64,000 nt of DNA from Fimbriimonadia bacterium (GTDB lineage: Bacteria; Armatimonadota; Fimbriimonadia; Fimbriimonadales; JABRVX01), in the NCBI GenBank assembly GCA_041483895.1, contig JBGPGO010000013.1:58196-122195 (forward strand), read 5' to 3'. Position 1 is the stretch's first letter, and each line of letters opens with the position of its first letter. The notes under the pieces are model-generated. The model was not told the origin of the DNA. It saw nothing but the letters and a program-made list of their open reading frames with translations, and did no database searches. Made by a program: the position numbers and the translations under genes. This document shows, piece after piece, positions 61,458-64,000 of this stretch.

Positions 61458-62782
61458 GCGGCCCCCTGCTCTCGCACGATCTGCGTAAACGCCATCACAA
61501 CCCGCTCATCGAACTGCTTGCCCGCGCAATCGTGCAGCTCCCGCATGGCCTGCTCCACTCCCATCGACACCCGGTACGGACGCTGCTCGCCCGGCCGGTC
61601 CCCGCCTACCATGGCATCGAAGGCGTCGGCGACCGCGATGATCTTGGCCTGAATCGGAATCTCCGTATCGGAAAGCGCTTTTGGATACCCATTCCCATCC
61701 GGCCGCTCATGGTGGGCATAGATCCAGGGCACCACCGGCTCCATCATTCCGACCCGGCTCAAAATCTCCGCACCAATCACCGGATGCATCCGCACCAGCG
61801 CCCATTCCTGCTCATCCAACCGTCCCGGCTTGTTCAAAATCTGCTCGTCGATGGCGATCTTGCCCAGATCATGGAGGAGCGCGGCATCGAACATCAGGTC
61901 CACGTCCTGGCTGGATAGCCCCAATCGCTCCGCTGTGAGCGCGGCGAAGCGGGCGACTCGGTCCAGGTGCCCACCGGTATAGGGATGGGCATGCTGCATC
62001 ATGAGGCCCAAAGCGCGGATCGTCTCGCGATAGTCCCGATCGTGCCGTGCCCGCAGAAGGAAGCATCGGCGCGCGGCGGCCATTGGAAGAAAGAAGAACG
62101 CACAGGCCCAGTATTGGCCGAAGTATGCCAACAGGCCGATCCAGGTGGCCAGCAGCGCATAGACCCCGTAGTGGAACCCGACGAGCCGCCGCTTCTCCTG
62201 CAGGCGCGCCAGGAACCGGCCGCCGTAAACCACCGACTCGGCAATCGCAACGATCACGGAGTTGACAATTAGATAGACCGGCGTTGCGACAAGTGTGGCG
62301 AGGGCAATGCCGGACGCGCCGCCCATCGAGTGGGTAATTGGGAGAACCGCCATGCCTGCCACGGACGCGCTCATGGCCGACTGGGCCGCGTTGAAAAGAG
62401 GCCACTGCCAGCGGGTTCGAAACTTGGATCGGACCGCCAAGATGCCCGCCACGAGGGTCGCGCCGCCATCGATGATGGCCGCATCCGCGGGCCCGAAAAC
62501 CGCCGCGACCGCCACGACAATCGGCAATGACACGCTGATTTGCACTCCATGCTCACCAACAGGGACCGGGACCCACTCGGCGGCAAGCACCAATCCAAAA
62601 AACAGCGCGAGCGGGAGTAAGAGAGACGAAACGGGTGGCATGAGGAACCAGCTCAGCCCAAATGCGGCAAAGCCGAGGATGATGACGGCCCATATTGCCT
62701 GATTTTGCGGCCGGATGCCGGTCGGATTAGGCAATCGCTTTCCCCCAGGGTGCGAGAATTTGCCTTCGCGGGGCGGGCGCAC
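61454..62782 (-). CDS. Membrane-integral HD-GYP phosphodiesterase
   Basis: About 6-7 TM helices, then YTGGH, LHDLGK, HHERPDGNGYP, VADAFDAM, RPYR; start uncertain. Confidence 0.9.
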   Translation of the reverse strand: MRPPREGKFSHPGGKRLPNPTGIRPQNQAIWAVIILGFAAFGLSWFLMPPVSSLLLPLALFFGLVLAAEWVPVPVGEHGVQISVSLPIVVAVAAVFGPADAAIIDGGATLVAGILAVRSKFRTRWQWPLFNAAQSAMSASVAGMAVLPITHSMGGASGIALATLVATPVYLIVNSVIVAIAESVVYGGRFLARLQEKRRLVGFHYGVYALLATWIGLLAYFGQYWACAFFFLPMAAARRCFLLRARHDRDYRETIRALGLMMQHAHPYTGGHLDRVARFAALTAERLGLSSQDVDLMFDAALLHDLGKIAIDEQILNKPGRLDEQEWALVRMHPVIGAEILSRVGMMEPVVPWIYAHHERPDGNGYPKALSDTEIPIQAKIIAVADAFDAMVGGDRPGEQRPYRVSMGVEQAMRELHDCAGKQFDERVVMAFTQIVREQGAA

Positions 62783-62796
62783 TTCGTCAAGTGGTC

Positions 62797-62922
62797 CTAT
62801 CGGCTCGATGAGCCGATGGACGGGTTGGAGGAATTTGCCTCCGGTGGATAGATGGTGAACTTGGCTCCGAAAAGAGCGCCAAGCGCCATCAGGAACGCGA
62901 TGATGTTTGCCCAGCGTATCAT
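62797..62922 (-). CDS. Small 41-aa hydrophobic peptide (not in the ORF track)
   Basis: MIRWANIIAFLMALGALFGAKFTIYPPEANSSNPSIGSSSR; AGGGGGT RBS-like sequence upstream; co-oriented between flanking genes. Confidence 0.65.
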   Translation of the reverse strand: MIRWANIIAFLMALGALFGAKFTIYPPEANSSNPSIGSSSR

Positions 62923-63024
62923 GGCAACACCCCCTGTGTTGGATTGGGATCCCCTCAAGGGTATGCCTCCGCTTGGGTTCCGCTTCGCTTCGCGCCCGGT
63001 CCCCGCGAATTCTATATTAAATTG

Positions 63025-63702
63025 TCAGGATTCTGTTTGCGGTTCGACCGGCAGCCACATCAGCCGCCGGTTCAATGCGTCGAGCGTGGCATGCGCCACA
63101 GCCCGCGACGTGTCGCTCTGTTGTACCACAGCCGAGCCGGCGAGCAGTTGATCGGAAGCGTCGCCCACTAGGCTCACCAGAACGACCACAACTTTCATGC
63201 CGCCCAGCATTTCGCACAGGGTCAAATCTTGTAGGGCAAAGCGATCCACTTGGCCCAGCGCCTCCTCAACAGCGTTCACGGTCGCCTGTGCCACGAGCCG
63301 GAGAGTGTTGAAACTGGATCGCTGACCGTCGGCGCTACCGGTGAACACTCTTCCATTCTTGGCCAGCGTGACGGCGGCTTTCGCTTTGCGGCCTTCTTGG
63401 GACATCGCCACGTCGAGCCAGCGCAGGCGGTCGATGGCGGTCACGGTGGGGTCAATCTGGGCGATGCTGATCGCCTTATGATCGATGGAGATGCCGTGAC
63501 GGGCCAGCAGCGTGGATTCGATGTCTCGAACCACCTGCTTCGGATTGCGCTCCCCGTTCATCAAAGCATGAATCTCTTTGATCGAGTTCGGGGCATCCAT
63601 CACGACTTTTGCGTTGGCCACGCTCCGAAGTTGGCCGAGTGACGACTCCAACTCCGAGGCGGTCCAAGTCTCCTGCTTCATTTCCCCTGCTCCCATCGAC
63701 AA
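63025..63702 (-). CDS. Hypothetical cytoplasmic protein upstream of the HD-GYP pair
   Basis: IKEIHAL...RNPKQVVRDIES..., ISIAQI, ATLDALNRR; start may be 63696 or 63681. Confidence 0.75.
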   Translation of the reverse strand: MSMGAGEMKQETWTASELESSLGQLRSVANAKVVMDAPNSIKEIHALMNGERNPKQVVRDIESTLLARHGISIDHKAISIAQIDPTVTAIDRLRWLDVAMSQEGRKAKAAVTLAKNGRVFTGSADGQRSSFNTLRLVAQATVNAVEEALGQVDRFALQDLTLCEMLGGMKVVVVLVSLVGDASDQLLAGSAVVQQSDTSRAVAHATLDALNRRLMWLPVEPQTES

Positions 63703-63781
63703 TCGAGCAAGGATATCATATCACAATTGGCCGGTTGTTTGTACAGATCGCGCGAGAAAAGTTATGCAAAACCGACCACAG

Positions 63782-63871
63782 TGTCATTCCGAAGGAGCTT
63801 GCGACTGAGGAATCCCTTTCTGAAGTCCTTGTTGTCAACAAACGTTGCAGGATGTCGAGAGGTTCTGAAAG
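63782..63871. repeat. TGTCATTCCG-type repeat, copy 4, right arm interrupted by an IS
   Basis: Left arm TGTCATTCCGAAGGAGCTTGCGACTGAGGAATCCCTTTC; right arm stops after GAAAG at 63871. Confidence 0.8.
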
Positions 63872-64000
63872 ATGCTGTCTTGTCAAGTGGCGAGTGGATC
63901 GTAGAACGGCTTGCGGTTTTTGAGCACGCTGTAGAGGATCAGCAGCAGCTTGCGCATCGCCGCGATCAGGGCTTGTTTCTTCGGCATGCCGCGTTCGACC
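63870..64000 (-). mobile_element. IS110-family element, right end and recombinase C-terminus (CDS 63883-64000, partial)
   Basis: VERGMPKKQALIAAMRKLLLILYSVLKNRKPFYDPLAT*; followed by TTGACAAGACAGCATCT end with no terminal inverted repeat. Confidence 0.85.

Noticed and set aside
62923..63016. Possible c-di-GMP riboswitch upstream of the small peptide
   Set aside because: GC-rich and possibly structured, but no class I/II consensus recognised; needs an Rfam scan

Overview
GC-rich bacterial chromosome segment, probably Armatimonadota/Fimbriimonadia-like. That assignment is an inference from a dockerin-like C-terminal domain, four PEP-CTERM proteins and an H-X9-DG prepilin. Housekeeping content includes purS-purQ, pilT, eda-kdgK, an A-type Fe-S carrier, a complete alternative complex III (actA-G) + SCO + caa3 oxidase operon, glucose-1-phosphate thymidylyltransferase, tig, pdxS-pdxT, ahcY and xerD, interspersed with many secreted or surface proteins. 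The most notable observations are five. (1) The right end of an IS110-family element sits at a CT dinucleotide inside a TGTCATTCCG-type palindromic repeat, and an empty matching target lies at 50.17 kb. (2) An apparently lower-GC putative defence island (50.9-55.2 kb) carries a wHTH + HEPN-like gene pair converging on an atypical DVPF-motif methyltransferase and a nuclease-like gene. (3) An unannotated 41-aa peptide lies inside a cluster with a membrane HD-GYP and a degenerate HD-GYP. (4) A duplicated sigma-54 promoter and leader from one PEP-CTERM gene sits in front of an ice-binding (DUF3494) PEP-CTERM gene. (5) A family of short palindromes has covarying arms. No rRNA, tRNA or CRISPR array was seen. 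All family assignments come from motif recognition by eye; no database search was run.
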